Virus record (IMG/VR): IMGVR_UViG_3300032246_001167
Coordinates: 1-57,742 of that record
Source of the DNA: a virus
Lineage: Duplodnaviria; Caudoviricetes
Length of the DNA stretch: 57,742 nt
Reading direction: 5' to 3' (one strand)
Below the pieces are notes generated by a model. The model ran no database searches. It was given only the letters and a program-made list of their open reading frames with translations, and was not told the origin of the DNA. Every line of letters starts with the position of its first letter. Position 1 is the stretch's first letter. Made by a program: the position numbers and the translations under genes. Shown in pieces: positions 1 through 10,220 of the stretch.

Positions 1-12
1 AAAATTAAAACC

Positions 13-405
13 GTGCCAGTTTATGAGTTTAACAACAGGTCAGAGGTTGTTGTATCAACTTACTCATACACAGAACAAGATCTAGTAAAAATGGTATGGG
101 CATATTTGCTATTTATTGAACCAAAATCAGAGTACAAAAAACTAATAGACAAGAGCTCATTAGATATAAAAGATATTTATACAAAACTTGTAGATTGGTC
201 CATGTCGCAACCTTACTACGAGCCCCTAAGAAAATTTTTATTATCTAAGTTTACGGGGGCGCTAAAGATTAATAACAGCTCAACATCTTTTGTAATGTTT
301 GATAAAATTAAAAAAGAATTTGACGTGGTTTATATAAAACATAAAAAAGAATTTGATTTAGAAGTTAATAAAATACTAAATAAATCTTTTAATAGGGCTG
401 CATAA
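13..405 (+). CDS. hypothetical protein (very AT-rich)
   Basis: 130-aa ORF with GTG start; no recognised motif; start may lie upstream of the window. Confidence 0.55.
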   Translation: MPVYEFNNRSEVVVSTYSYTEQDLVKMVWAYLLFIEPKSEYKKLIDKSSLDIKDIYTKLVDWSMSQPYYEPLRKFLLSKFTGALKINNSSTSFVMFDKIKKEFDVVYIKHKKEFDLEVNKILNKSFNRAA

Positions 406-412
406 AACTTGT

Positions 413-991
413 ATGTATCAATATACTAGAGATTGGTTTAGCGCTAACATTCCATTTTGGGAGCGTTTGCTGCCCAACCCAAAGCAACAGGCATTGGAAA
501 TTGGATCGTATGAAGGGCGCTCTGCCTGTTGGCTGCTGCAGAACGCGCTCAACACGGATGGCACGTTGGTATGTGTAGACGCATGGGGAGTAGAGCGGTA
601 CATGGACAACCCTATGGAAGGCGTGTATGAACGGTTCATCAACAACATTGAGCTGGCCAGGATGGAGACACAATCTGTGATTGCCATGCAGAAAAATTCT
701 GTGGATGCTTTGGCCGAGCTGCTGGTTACTGGCAGTCGAAACAGATTTGATTTTATTTACATAGATGGCGCGCATAGAGCTGTTGATACGCTTACTGATG
801 CGTGCATGGCATTTCAGCTGCTGGCGCCAGACGGCATAATGGTGTTTGATGACTATTTCATAGGCTCGGTGTGTGGCACAACGGTAGACAAGAAAAATGC
901 AGTGGATGCGTTTGTTAACTGTTTTAAAGATTTTTGCTCTGTTGTAATGAACAACAAGCAGGTTGGAGTAAAAAAAATTTCTTCAATGTAA
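413..991 (+). CDS. class I SAM-dependent methyltransferase (Methyltransf_24-like)
   Basis: Motifs LEIGSYEGRS, CVDAW, FDFIYIDGAH, GIMVFDDY. Confidence 0.85.
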   Translation: MYQYTRDWFSANIPFWERLLPNPKQQALEIGSYEGRSACWLLQNALNTDGTLVCVDAWGVERYMDNPMEGVYERFINNIELARMETQSVIAMQKNSVDALAELLVTGSRNRFDFIYIDGAHRAVDTLTDACMAFQLLAPDGIMVFDDYFIGSVCGTTVDKKNAVDAFVNCFKDFCSVVMNNKQVGVKKISSM

Positions 992-1011
992 AAATCTAAA
1001 AAATAAGCTCA

Positions 1012-1581
1012 TTGCAAATAAATCAATCATTGGATGCCAATATTGTGAACCCCAAGTTAGAATCAAACAATTACTTGTACGTTCCTCAGTTAATCTCTGC
1101 CGATAGGGCTGTGGAGATGAGCAATCATTTTAGGGGTTTTGCTCAAAACAACATTCTTGAGAAAGATCATCAGGCGCCTAACTCTCCGGCAATTTATAAT
1201 TATCAACCGTTCCTTGAGCTATTGTGCGAGCTGACGCCTAAAGTAAGCGAACAGTTAGAAGAGCCAGCACTTCCAACCTATACATATGCAAGGGTATACA
1301 AAGGCGCAGAAGAGCTTAAGCGTCACCGTGATCGTCCTGCGTGCGAAGTAAGTCTTACGCTTCATCTGCAGGGGGATGTTGACTGGCCCATTTGGATTCA
1401 AAAGCCCGATGGCGAAGAAGTGTCTTTGACGCTAGCCCCGGGCGATGCAATGATGTATTTGGGTTGTGTAGCAGATCACTGGCGAGAAACTTATACAGGC
1501 GAATGGTATTCACAAGTATTTTTGCACTATGTGCGCAGCAGGGGTCCTTGCGCTTGGGCATATTTTGATAAGGTGAAATAA
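1012..1581 (+). CDS. 2OG-Fe(II) oxygenase (prolyl-hydroxylase-like)
   Basis: HxD motif HRDRPACEVS, PGDAMMY, distal His in DHWRE, QVFLHYV; exact start uncertain (TTG). Confidence 0.8.
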   Translation: MQINQSLDANIVNPKLESNNYLYVPQLISADRAVEMSNHFRGFAQNNILEKDHQAPNSPAIYNYQPFLELLCELTPKVSEQLEEPALPTYTYARVYKGAEELKRHRDRPACEVSLTLHLQGDVDWPIWIQKPDGEEVSLTLAPGDAMMYLGCVADHWRETYTGEWYSQVFLHYVRSRGPCAWAYFDKVK

Positions 1582-2139
1582 ATGCACGAACTAGATAAAT
1601 ATGTAATTGTTCTAGAAGACGTAGTGGATAAAGACCTTAGAGAAGAATTTATAGGTGAGTACAATAACTCTTCTGATTGGATAGAATCAGAAACTGGTGG
1701 CGGATTAGATAAAAATATAAGAAATTGCGCAGCTATTGCTACTTCAGCTCCGGGGATTATTCAAAAAAACCCGGTTCGTCGCATGGAGTTGGATAGAAAA
1801 TTTTTTAATTGTGCATCAAAAGCTATACAAGCATATTTGGATATGTTCCCGCTGTGCACAATTGAATCAGACTCTGGATATGAAATCTTGCGCTATCAAG
1901 AAGGGCAATTCTATACAGAGCACACAGATTCATTTAAGAAAATACCTCGCGCCGTGTCATGTTCTTTTGCTCTAAATGACGACTATGAAGGTGGAGAGTG
2001 GGGCTTTTGGGGGCGTTCAAAGATTTTGAAGCCCCCCGTTGGGTCAGCGCTTATGTTTCCATCTAACTTTATGTTCCCGCACGAAATCATGCCAGTGACC
2101 AAGGGCACGCGGTACTCGGTAATTACTTGGTTCATATGA
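1582..2139 (+). CDS. 2OG-Fe(II) oxygenase (P4H-like)
   Basis: HTD, LNDDYEGGE, HEIMPVTKGTRYSVITW: complete facial triad plus RxS. Confidence 0.9.
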   Translation: MHELDKYVIVLEDVVDKDLREEFIGEYNNSSDWIESETGGGLDKNIRNCAAIATSAPGIIQKNPVRRMELDRKFFNCASKAIQAYLDMFPLCTIESDSGYEILRYQEGQFYTEHTDSFKKIPRAVSCSFALNDDYEGGEWGFWGRSKILKPPVGSALMFPSNFMFPHEIMPVTKGTRYSVITWFI

Positions 2140-2690
2140 TGTTTGAGCGCGTGGCCCCTAACGTCTATAGATACCGCGAAGGGGCCTTAGCTGAGCATTC
2201 GCCGTTGGTTGGCAGCGTTATGCAGGGGCTAGACGAGGGCTGGCGGACTCAGGGCAGCAATGGTTGGAACTATCAAGTGCAGCCTAGTGCCGAGACAGAG
2301 CGGTTGTACGGCGCTTGTTTGCAAGTGGCGCGTGAGCTCTTTAAAGATTTTGATGTTGCGGAGTCAAACAGTTCTGGCGTCTGGGCGTATGTCACCCACG
2401 GCTCCAGGGATGTGCAAGGGCCGGTTCACTCCCATGCCAACACGGCCACAATCAATATGGTGTACTACCTGCAGGTCCCTCAAGAGCCTTTCCCCATGGG
2501 ATGTTTGTTGTTGTTTGATGAACCAAAGGTAACCGCAGTCACGCCAATGTCGGGCGACCTACTGATCTTCCCCGGCTCAATGCATCACATGCCTATCAGT
2601 AATGTTAGCCAGGAGTTTCGGATAGCACTAAACTTAGAGGTGCGATGCACTCAGCCAGAAGAAGAATTGTTTGCAAACATCAACTATTGA
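2136..2690 (+). CDS. putative 2OG-Fe(II) oxygenase (TIGR02466-like)
   Basis: HSH...VYYL...P..GDLLIFPG..HH...RIA pattern; ATGA overlap with the upstream stop. Confidence 0.75.
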   Translation: MMFERVAPNVYRYREGALAEHSPLVGSVMQGLDEGWRTQGSNGWNYQVQPSAETERLYGACLQVARELFKDFDVAESNSSGVWAYVTHGSRDVQGPVHSHANTATINMVYYLQVPQEPFPMGCLLLFDEPKVTAVTPMSGDLLIFPGSMHHMPISNVSQEFRIALNLEVRCTQPEEELFANINY

Positions 2691-2696
2691 ACTGCG

Positions 2697-2858
2697 ATGC
2701 AAGACCTTTTAGCCCTCATCAACACCTTATGGCCCATTGCAGTGGGCTTTACGGCTTTGGTGTTTTGGTTGGCTAAGTCACACTCTGACATCGAGCAGCT
2801 AAAAGAGAAGGTCCGCGTACTGTTTGAGCTGTTCAACGAGAAGATGAAGGGGAAATAA
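2697..2858 (+). CDS. small membrane protein of lysis region (53 aa)
   Basis: Read manually: MQDLLALINTLWPIAVGFTALVFWLAK...KGK; one TM segment plus coiled coil; stop overlaps next ATG. Confidence 0.7.
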   Translation: MQDLLALINTLWPIAVGFTALVFWLAKSHSDIEQLKEKVRVLFELFNEKMKGK

Positions 2859-3124
2859 TGAACTGGGCAAACATTGTTCCAATGGTCTTTCCCATCCTTG
2901 TGGCGGCGGTGGGCTGGATGATTACGTCGGTCAACTCCCTGCAGTCTGACCTGATCGACATCAAGTCCAAGATGCCTGCGCTGATTACTCCGCAAGGTAC
3001 GCCGACTGATTCACCGATATCTGCGGCTGCTAGAGTTCAGCTTAAAGAAGACCTAGTAACGCGCATCCAAGAACTAGAAGTGCGTGTCCGTCTATTAGAA
3101 GAACGCACAAAGGAGCGCCGCTGA
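2858..3124 (+). CDS. membrane-anchored coiled-coil protein (lysis region)
   Basis: N-terminal TM helix, C-terminal coiled coil; translationally coupled on both sides. Confidence 0.65.
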   Translation: MNWANIVPMVFPILVAAVGWMITSVNSLQSDLIDIKSKMPALITPQGTPTDSPISAAARVQLKEDLVTRIQELEVRVRLLEERTKERR

Positions 3125-3609
3125 TGTTTACCATCCTGTCTACCATCCTGGGCTTTGCCTCATCCGGCCTTCCCAAGATCCTCGACTTTTTCCAAGACAA
3201 GTCCGACAAGAAGCATGAGCTGGAGCTAGCCCGCATCCAGAACGAGCGCGAGCTGGCCATGGCAGAGCGTGGTTATGCCTCTCAGCAGAAGATTGAAGAG
3301 ATCAAGCTGGAAGAAGTCCAGACTGAGGGCTACTACAAAGAGCGTGAGGCCCTGTACCAGCACGACATGAAGATTGGTGAAGGTGCATCACAGTGGGTCA
3401 TTAACCTGCGCGCTTCTGTCCGTCCTGTTGTGACTTACTTGTTTGTGGCACTGTTGGTGGTTGTGGATATCTCCGGCATCTGGTGGGCGTGGTCAACCGG
3501 CGTGGATTTTGCCAAGGCTATGGAGCTTTGCTTTGACGACCAAGAGATGCAAATCCTAGCCACCATCATCGCGTTCTGGTTTGGTAGTCAGGCATTTCAG
3601 AAAAAATGA
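3124..3609 (+). CDS. holin (GTA 3TM holin-like)
   Basis: RASVRPVVTYLF and IIAFWFGS motifs, hydrophobic segments, directly upstream of lysozyme. Confidence 0.7.
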   Translation: MFTILSTILGFASSGLPKILDFFQDKSDKKHELELARIQNERELAMAERGYASQQKIEEIKLEEVQTEGYYKEREALYQHDMKIGEGASQWVINLRASVRPVVTYLFVALLVVVDISGIWWAWSTGVDFAKAMELCFDDQEMQILATIIAFWFGSQAFQKK

Positions 3610-4049
3610 AAGCTTCTGACAAATGCAAAGCCATGATCAAGCACCATGAGGGCGTTAGACCAAAGCCATACAAATGCCCAGCTGGGCTATGGACGGTGGG
3701 GGTTGGGCACCTTATCGGGGATGGCAAAACGCTACCGCCAGAGTGGAATCGAACACTCTCGCCGAACGAGGTTGATTCGTTGCTTGCGGCTGACCTACGA
3801 CGTTTTGAAAGAGGCGTCCTTCGTTTGTGCCCTGTGGATCTTACTCAAGGGCAGTTTGACGCCTTGGTCAGCTTTTCGTTTAATCTGGGGCTAGGCGGTC
3901 TGCAACGCAGCTCGGTTCGGATGTGCACCAACCGTGACGATAAAGATGGCGCTGTACGTGGACTGATGAAGTACACCAAAGCTGGCGGCAAGGTGCTGCC
4001 CGGGTTGGTTAGGCGACGTCAAGACGAGTCTGCTCTTTATATGAGTTGA
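3606..4049 (+). CDS. endolysin, GH24 lysozyme
   Basis: HEG..PY.CPAGLWTVGVGH, QFDALVSFSFNLG, GLVRRR..E. Confidence 0.95.
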   Translation: MKASDKCKAMIKHHEGVRPKPYKCPAGLWTVGVGHLIGDGKTLPPEWNRTLSPNEVDSLLAADLRRFERGVLRLCPVDLTQGQFDALVSFSFNLGLGGLQRSSVRMCTNRDDKDGAVRGLMKYTKAGGKVLPGLVRRRQDESALYMS

Positions 4050-4052
4050 GCC

Positions 4053-6359
4053 ATGCCACTACAGAAGATACTTTTCAAGCCAGGCGTCAACCGCGAAAAC
4101 ACCCGGTACACCACTGAAGGTGGTTGGTATGAGGGCGACAAGATTCGCTTCCGTCAAGGCAACCCGGAAAAGATTGGCGGCTGGACACGGTACAGCGCTA
4201 ACAAGTTTGTGGGCGTGTGTCGGGCCTTGTGGAACTGGATCACCCTAGCGTCCGCTAATTTGGTGGGCGTTGGCACTAATCTGAAGTACTACATTGTGCA
4301 AGGCGGCGCGTTCTATGACGTCACGCCCATTCGTCGCACGGCCACCCTGACCAACCCGTTTCAAGCTGCGTATAGCACGCTGAGCTCATCCATCACGGCA
4401 ACGTCAACGTCGATGACTGTGGTATCGGCAACTAACTTTGCTGCTACCAGTGGTGTAGTCAGGGTTGGTTCAGAGGATATTTTTTACTCTTACATTGCCG
4501 GCAACACCATGTACAACCTGGTGCGTGGTTACAACGGCACCACAGCTGCGTCACACGCATCCACTACTGGGGTTGGATCGTACAACCTAACGGTGACGGA
4601 TAGCGGCAATGGCGCTTTGGTTAACGACTACGTGACCTACAGCGGCGGGGGCATTACTAGCTTGGGTGGAAATATCACAGCCACCGTGCTTAAAAACGAA
4701 TTTCAAATTGTGTTGGTTGGTTCGACGACTTACGTCATCAAGCTTTCAACGTATGCAACCGCAGCTGACACTGGAAATGGCGGTACGGTAATCGCCCAGT
4801 ACCAAGTTAACACTGGTTATGAGTATCAGGTTCCTTTGGTGGGGTGGGGCGCAGGCACATGGGGTAGCGGCACATGGGGCGTTGGTACGTCTACCACTGG
4901 CAATGCAATTCAGATCTGGGACCACTACAACTGGGGACAAGATCTTCTTTACGGTCCAAGGGGCGGCCAGCTTTACTTTTGGAATGCAGGGGTAGGCACC
5001 GTGCCTGTGCAAGTGACCATCTCCATTGCCTCTCCGGCAGTGATTACGATGCCGGCCGGGTTTAGCGTGCTTGATGGCAACACCATCACCTTTACCACTA
5101 CTGGCGCTTTGCCTACTGGGCTGTCCGTAGGCACGGTGTACTTTGTTGTCAACTCAACCGGGAATACGTTCAACCTGTCTACCACTTTTGGCGGATCCCT
5201 GGTCACTACATCAGCTGTAGGTTCAGGTACTTATTACATTTCCCCGCGTGGTATTAGCCTTGTGAGTTCGGGTGATGCAGACGCGCCACTGTTCCAGAAC
5301 TACGTCATGGTTTCAGACACATCAAGATTTGTGATTGTGTTTGGCACCAATGACTACGGTCAAACTTACCTTGATCCAATGTTGATACGGTGGTCTGACC
5401 AAGAAGACCCGTACACATGGACGCCATCAGCCACCAACCAGGCAAGGTCGCTCAGGCTTTCGCACGGTTCTCAAATTATTACTGCGGTTCAAACCAGACA
5501 GGAAATTGCAGTTATCACCGACCAGGCCGTGTATTCATTGCAAAACGTTGGGCCGCCTCTTGTTTGGCAATCACAATTGATGGGCGACAACATCTCTATC
5601 GCTGGCCCCAACGCAGCGGTTGTGGCATCGGGCGTGGTGTACTGGATGGGGGTAGATAAGTTTTACAAATACGATGGTCGCACACAAACATTGAATTGCG
5701 ATTTGCGTCGGTATGTGTTTAACGACTTTAACCAAACACAAAATGATCAGGTGTATTGCAGCACCAATGAAGGCTTTAATGAAGTTTGGTGGTTCTACCC
5801 GTCAGCTAACAGCAACACCGTCGATAAGTATGTGATCTACAACTACCTTGAGAACACATGGTATTACGGCAGCATGGCCCGCACGGCTTGGATTGATTCT
5901 GGTCTTTTGCCTTACCCGGTGGCGGCTACGTACAACGGATATCTTGTAAACCATGAAGATGGCGTAGATAACAATGAGACGGGCACCGCCGTTCCCATCG
6001 AGGCATACATTTCATCTTCAGAGTTTGACATTGAAGATGGCCATAACCTGGGGTTTGTGTGGCGCGTATTGCCTGACTTGACGTTCGCGGGTTCCAGTAC
6101 AGATCCCACAACCAATGCTCCGCCGCAGGTCACGATGACGCTTTATCCATTGCAGAACTCAGGTTCTGGCGTGGGCAAAACCGATACGGATACGGTGAAG
6201 TATGGGTCTTCTTATAACATCACTGAAGAATTCACCGGCCAGGTGTACACCAGAGTGCGCGGTCGCCAGTTGATCTTTGAAATTGAGTCGACTCAGCTTG
6301 GCACTACGTGGCAGCTAGGCGCTCCGCGCATTGATATCCGCAAGGATGGCAGACGATGA
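4053..6359 (+). CDS. tail nozzle / packaged-DNA stabilisation protein (P22 gp10/T7 gp12-like)
   Basis: 768 aa, beta-rich; IRWSDQED, NEVWWFYP, WYYG motifs typical of podovirus tail hub; Thr/Gly-rich inserts. Confidence 0.7.
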   Translation: MPLQKILFKPGVNRENTRYTTEGGWYEGDKIRFRQGNPEKIGGWTRYSANKFVGVCRALWNWITLASANLVGVGTNLKYYIVQGGAFYDVTPIRRTATLTNPFQAAYSTLSSSITATSTSMTVVSATNFAATSGVVRVGSEDIFYSYIAGNTMYNLVRGYNGTTAASHASTTGVGSYNLTVTDSGNGALVNDYVTYSGGGITSLGGNITATVLKNEFQIVLVGSTTYVIKLSTYATAADTGNGGTVIAQYQVNTGYEYQVPLVGWGAGTWGSGTWGVGTSTTGNAIQIWDHYNWGQDLLYGPRGGQLYFWNAGVGTVPVQVTISIASPAVITMPAGFSVLDGNTITFTTTGALPTGLSVGTVYFVVNSTGNTFNLSTTFGGSLVTTSAVGSGTYYISPRGISLVSSGDADAPLFQNYVMVSDTSRFVIVFGTNDYGQTYLDPMLIRWSDQEDPYTWTPSATNQARSLRLSHGSQIITAVQTRQEIAVITDQAVYSLQNVGPPLVWQSQLMGDNISIAGPNAAVVASGVVYWMGVDKFYKYDGRTQTLNCDLRRYVFNDFNQTQNDQVYCSTNEGFNEVWWFYPSANSNTVDKYVIYNYLENTWYYGSMARTAWIDSGLLPYPVAATYNGYLVNHEDGVDNNETGTAVPIEAYISSSEFDIEDGHNLGFVWRVLPDLTFAGSSTDPTTNAPPQVTMTLYPLQNSGSGVGKTDTDTVKYGSSYNITEEFTGQVYTRVRGRQLIFEIESTQLGTTWQLGAPRIDIRKDGRR

Positions 6360-7744
6360 GTTTTATTGTCACGACTGACTATGAGCTGCAAAAGCTCCCG
6401 CCGCCAAACTTGCCGCTGGCGCCGCCGCAGTACAGTTCTCAATACACAGAGCAGTTTAACAACGTACTACGGCTGTACTTTAACCGTCTCACCAACATCC
6501 TGGGGCAGCTGATGGCTAGTGGAAATTATGTGCCGGTTACTTTCCCCGGCATGGAGACCGATGCGTTTGGTCGACTACGTATCAGCCAACCCTATACGTT
6601 GTTTGATAGCCAGAACAGATATGCGGCAGACAATCAATTTGATGTAGCAACCACTGGGACTGGGACGACGACGTTCTTGTCTAACGAGGCGGCCCTTCAA
6701 ATGTCAGTCACGGCTGGTGGTGTTGGGTCTGTGACTCGACAAACCTACCGGTCTTTCCCCTATCAGCCGGGCAAAAGTCTTTTGGTCTTGGCTACGTTCG
6801 TGATGAGCGGTAGCACAAGCGCTAGCTTGACTCAGCGGGTTGGGTACTTCAATACCCAGAACGGTGTCTTCTTCCAAAATGTCGGCGGCGTTAATTCGTT
6901 TGTTTTGCGTTCTAACTCTACTCCTACCCCTGGAACACCGAGTGATGTGCGGACTGTGACCCAGGCCAACTGGAATGGAGACAAGCTGGATGGTACGGGA
7001 GACTCAGGTTACACCCTGGATACCTCTAAAGCTCAGATCCTGTTCATGGACTTTGAGTGGCTAGGAGTTGGTTCCGTTAGATGCGGATTCATCATCAACG
7101 GCGAGTACGTCATTTGCCACACTTTCAACAACGCTAACGATATTGCTAGCGTCTACATGACAACGGCTATTCTGCCGATGCGTTATGAGATCACGTCGAC
7201 AGCAGCTGTGGCAGCTTCGATGAAGGCTATTTGCTGCTCAGTGGTATCGGAAGGTGGCTTTGAGCAAACCTCTATTGAACATGTGGCAAGAAGAGTAAAT
7301 GCTACGTCAGCCTCAACTATTACAACTTCTTTTTACCCGATTGCCTCTATACGTTTGGCGTCTGGCGCACTTGATGCCGTTGTGGTTCCTTCGTCGTATA
7401 ACTTTTTGCCAACAACAGCTGATAACTATGAAATTGCGCTGATAAAAAATACAACTCTAACTAGTCCATCTTGGACCGCTGTGCCGACCGATGCAAATGT
7501 CCAATTTGATATTTCCGCCACAGCCATGACTGGCGGCGCGATTGCATCAAGTTCATTCACGACTGGTAAATCTGGCGCTGTTCCATTAACGGCTGGTTCT
7601 GCATACAACTTTGATTTACAGCTTGGCGCATCTATTGCAGGCGTAAGCGATATTTATACTTTGGCAGCACGGGTTGTAACTACAGGAGGGGCTGGCACAG
7701 GCGGTGGTGTAGGCTCCCTTTCCTTCTACGACTTGACTCAGTAA
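6356..7744 (+). CDS. virion structural protein (tail-associated)
   Basis: N-terminal PNLPLAP..Y...FNNVLRLYFN anchor followed by DAFGRLR beta-rich domain; position after nozzle. Confidence 0.6.
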   Translation: MSFIVTTDYELQKLPPPNLPLAPPQYSSQYTEQFNNVLRLYFNRLTNILGQLMASGNYVPVTFPGMETDAFGRLRISQPYTLFDSQNRYAADNQFDVATTGTGTTTFLSNEAALQMSVTAGGVGSVTRQTYRSFPYQPGKSLLVLATFVMSGSTSASLTQRVGYFNTQNGVFFQNVGGVNSFVLRSNSTPTPGTPSDVRTVTQANWNGDKLDGTGDSGYTLDTSKAQILFMDFEWLGVGSVRCGFIINGEYVICHTFNNANDIASVYMTTAILPMRYEITSTAAVAASMKAICCSVVSEGGFEQTSIEHVARRVNATSASTITTSFYPIASIRLASGALDAVVVPSSYNFLPTTADNYEIALIKNTTLTSPSWTAVPTDANVQFDISATAMTGGAIASSSFTTGKSGAVPLTAGSAYNFDLQLGASIAGVSDIYTLAARVVTTGGAGTGGGVGSLSFYDLTQ

Positions 7745-7775
7745 ACTAGTAACTAATTGACGTGCGGAGAGCACC

Positions 7776-8948
7776 ATGGACGGCGGAATAGTTGAAAGCA
7801 TTTTGATCGGAGCCGCTGTCGGCGGGGGCACTTCTGCGCTTACTGGTGGAGATCCTCTTAAGGGCGCCCTGATGGGTGGCGTGACTGGCGGCGTGTTTGG
7901 TGGTGCGGGCGGAGCTGCAGAAGCAGCTGGAACGGCTGGCGGAACAGGCATTACCGCAACCAATCCTTTGACCGCCGCTGGCGTTACATCGGGCGCCGAG
8001 GCCGGCACCACTGCATCTAGCTTGGTTAATGCTGCTCAAGCGGCTGGCGCGCCTATTCAAGGTTTTGCTGGAACCCCAGCTGGGGCAGCCATCCCATCAG
8101 CACCCATCCCAACGGGCGGTATTTCTGATTTGCTCCAACAGCCGATTGGCACGGCAACTGGTGGAATTGGCTTTAAGGCTCCGGCTGATTTTGCAAACCC
8201 TCTGGCTACCAGTGGCGGTTCGGCAATGCCGCAGTTGCCGCCCAGCCTGGCGGGCATGTCACAAGATACTTTGTGGAACACGATTGGGGCAGGCAAGGCC
8301 GCCGGCGCTGAAGCGGCAGCCGCTCCAAAGTCAGTGTTTGGTGATGTCAAAGATTGGTGGAAAGGTCTTACACCCAAAGAAAGGCTTCTTTACGGCGCTG
8401 GCGGTAGCTTGGCACTTAATATGCTTATGCAGCAGGCTAACTATGAGCCGCCGGAAAAGGAAAAGTACAAGGGACCTTTATCAAAGTTCCAGTACGACCC
8501 TAGCTACTACACCCCAACAACCGTTGTGCCGTCTGTATACAGATACGCAGATGGCGGGATTGCCTCTCTTGGTGGGGGTAATATTGCTGTAGGCGGGGAT
8601 CCACGCCGCAATCCATCCCCTCTTGTGGAAAACAGCACGCCGGTAAGTGTAATGGCATCCGGTGGTATTGCCAGTTTGGGCTCATACTCAGATGGCGGCC
8701 AGCTTCTTAAAGGCCCGGGCGATGGCATGAGCGATCACATCCCGGCAATGATTGGTCGCGGGCAGCCGGCTCGTTTGGCAGAAGGCGAATTTGTGGTGCC
8801 CGCTGATGTGGTGTCGCATCTTGGCAACGGGTCGACGGACGCAGGTGCCAAGCAGCTGTATGCAATGATGAACAAAGTTCGCCGCGCACGTACCGGCAAT
8901 GCGAAGCAAGGTCGAGAAATTAACGCCCGCAAATACTTGCCGGCATAA
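7776..8948 (+). CDS. internal virion / DNA ejection protein
   Basis: Gly/Ala-rich N-terminus, repeated xxGGIASL, C-terminal GPGDGMSDHIPA...LAEGEFVVPADVVS domain. Confidence 0.65.
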   Translation: MDGGIVESILIGAAVGGGTSALTGGDPLKGALMGGVTGGVFGGAGGAAEAAGTAGGTGITATNPLTAAGVTSGAEAGTTASSLVNAAQAAGAPIQGFAGTPAGAAIPSAPIPTGGISDLLQQPIGTATGGIGFKAPADFANPLATSGGSAMPQLPPSLAGMSQDTLWNTIGAGKAAGAEAAAAPKSVFGDVKDWWKGLTPKERLLYGAGGSLALNMLMQQANYEPPEKEKYKGPLSKFQYDPSYYTPTTVVPSVYRYADGGIASLGGGNIAVGGDPRRNPSPLVENSTPVSVMASGGIASLGSYSDGGQLLKGPGDGMSDHIPAMIGRGQPARLAEGEFVVPADVVSHLGNGSTDAGAKQLYAMMNKVRRARTGNAKQGREINARKYLPA

Positions 8949-8958
8949 GGAGATAAAC

Positions 8959-9792
8959 ATGGCAGCAGGCGGACAAACAGGTGGTATGGGCGGCGCACAA
9001 ACGGCAGCCCCTGGTGGCGGCACGGGCGTAGGTACTGGCCAACCACCGGCTATGGGTTCAATGCAAATGCCCTCGTATATGCAACAGCCCATGATGGGCA
9101 TGATGGGCGGTTATGGCGGCATGCGAGGTGGTATGCAACAACCCATGATGGGCGGCTATGGCCAGTCGCCGTTTATGGGTGGTGGTTTTGGTGGTGACTA
9201 TGGTGGTTATGGTCAATCACCGTTTATGGGCGGTATGCGTGGCCCGCGAGGCGGTATGGGCTTCAACCCGTACGGTGGCGGCATGGGCTTCAACCCCTAT
9301 GGCGGCATGAACAGGCCCTACGATGGCTTGTATAGCCCGCAGGAGCTGGCAGCCCGAGCAGCACCGGCATCGCCGGGCACTCAGTTTTACCCTAGCTCTA
9401 TGAGCAAACAAGATATTTTGGGGATGCGTTCGCTGGGCGATCAACAAATGCCACAAATGAACCCGCAGCAGGCCCAATATATAGCTAATGAAGGATACAG
9501 GTCCATACCCGCAGCCCCGCGAGCACCCATGACGCAGCAAGATTATCAAAACGCACAAAACCGTATGGGTCAGTTGTTTGGTATGCCTACTAGCGCGTTT
9601 TCGCAATTTGCGTCAAATGCACAAGCTCGACAACCCCAAACACTAAATGATATGTATGGCAACATGGCCACACTCCCGCAGGGATATGCGCGCGATTCAA
9701 GTGGGAATGTGGTGTTTTCTGACGCAGGAATCTCTCTCGCTCACGGTGTTATGTTAGCAAAAGGCGGGATCGCCAGTTTGATCAAAAAATGA
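8959..9792 (+). CDS. Gly/Met/Gln-rich low-complexity protein, probable internal virion protein
   Basis: AGGAG RBS before ATG 8959; GGMGFNPY and GYGQSPFMGG repeats; ends LAKGGIASLIKK. Confidence 0.6.
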   Translation: MAAGGQTGGMGGAQTAAPGGGTGVGTGQPPAMGSMQMPSYMQQPMMGMMGGYGGMRGGMQQPMMGGYGQSPFMGGGFGGDYGGYGQSPFMGGMRGPRGGMGFNPYGGGMGFNPYGGMNRPYDGLYSPQELAARAAPASPGTQFYPSSMSKQDILGMRSLGDQQMPQMNPQQAQYIANEGYRSIPAAPRAPMTQQDYQNAQNRMGQLFGMPTSAFSQFASNAQARQPQTLNDMYGNMATLPQGYARDSSGNVVFSDAGISLAHGVMLAKGGIASLIKK

Positions 9793-10220
9793 ACCTTGTA
9801 CTCCGACCGGTAGATGCGGCCTACGTTAACCAGACGTGGCCGCTGGCGGAGCAGTACATTCGGGATGCTTTAACAAGTAGTCCAGACTTTCCCGACTGGG
9901 CTGCTAACTACAGAACGGAGCATGTGCAAGCGTTCTTGGCAGCCGGCACGTGGTTGTTGATTGTTGCGGTAGATGAAGAAGCAAACGTACATGGTGCATG
10001 CACGGTGTCGTTCATGAACTATCCGTTGCACCGTGTAGCTTTCATTACTTCTATTGGCGGCAAGCTCGTTTCCAATCAGAATACGTTTGAACAACTGAAG
10101 CGCATACTACAAGCGTACGGCGCAACAAAGATCCAAGGTTATGGTCGCGAGTCTATTGTCAGACTGTGGAAGCGCTATAACTTTGAACCTAGGAATACTC
10201 TTGTAGAGGTGCTGTTATGA
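9789..10220 (+). CDS. putative GNAT-fold acetyltransferase-like virion assembly protein
   Basis: 143 aa, alpha/beta pattern and position between tail and ejection genes, as for the small GNAT-like proteins of podoviruses. Confidence 0.5.
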   Translation: MNLVLRPVDAAYVNQTWPLAEQYIRDALTSSPDFPDWAANYRTEHVQAFLAAGTWLLIVAVDEEANVHGACTVSFMNYPLHRVAFITSIGGKLVSNQNTFEQLKRILQAYGATKIQGYGRESIVRLWKRYNFEPRNTLVEVLL

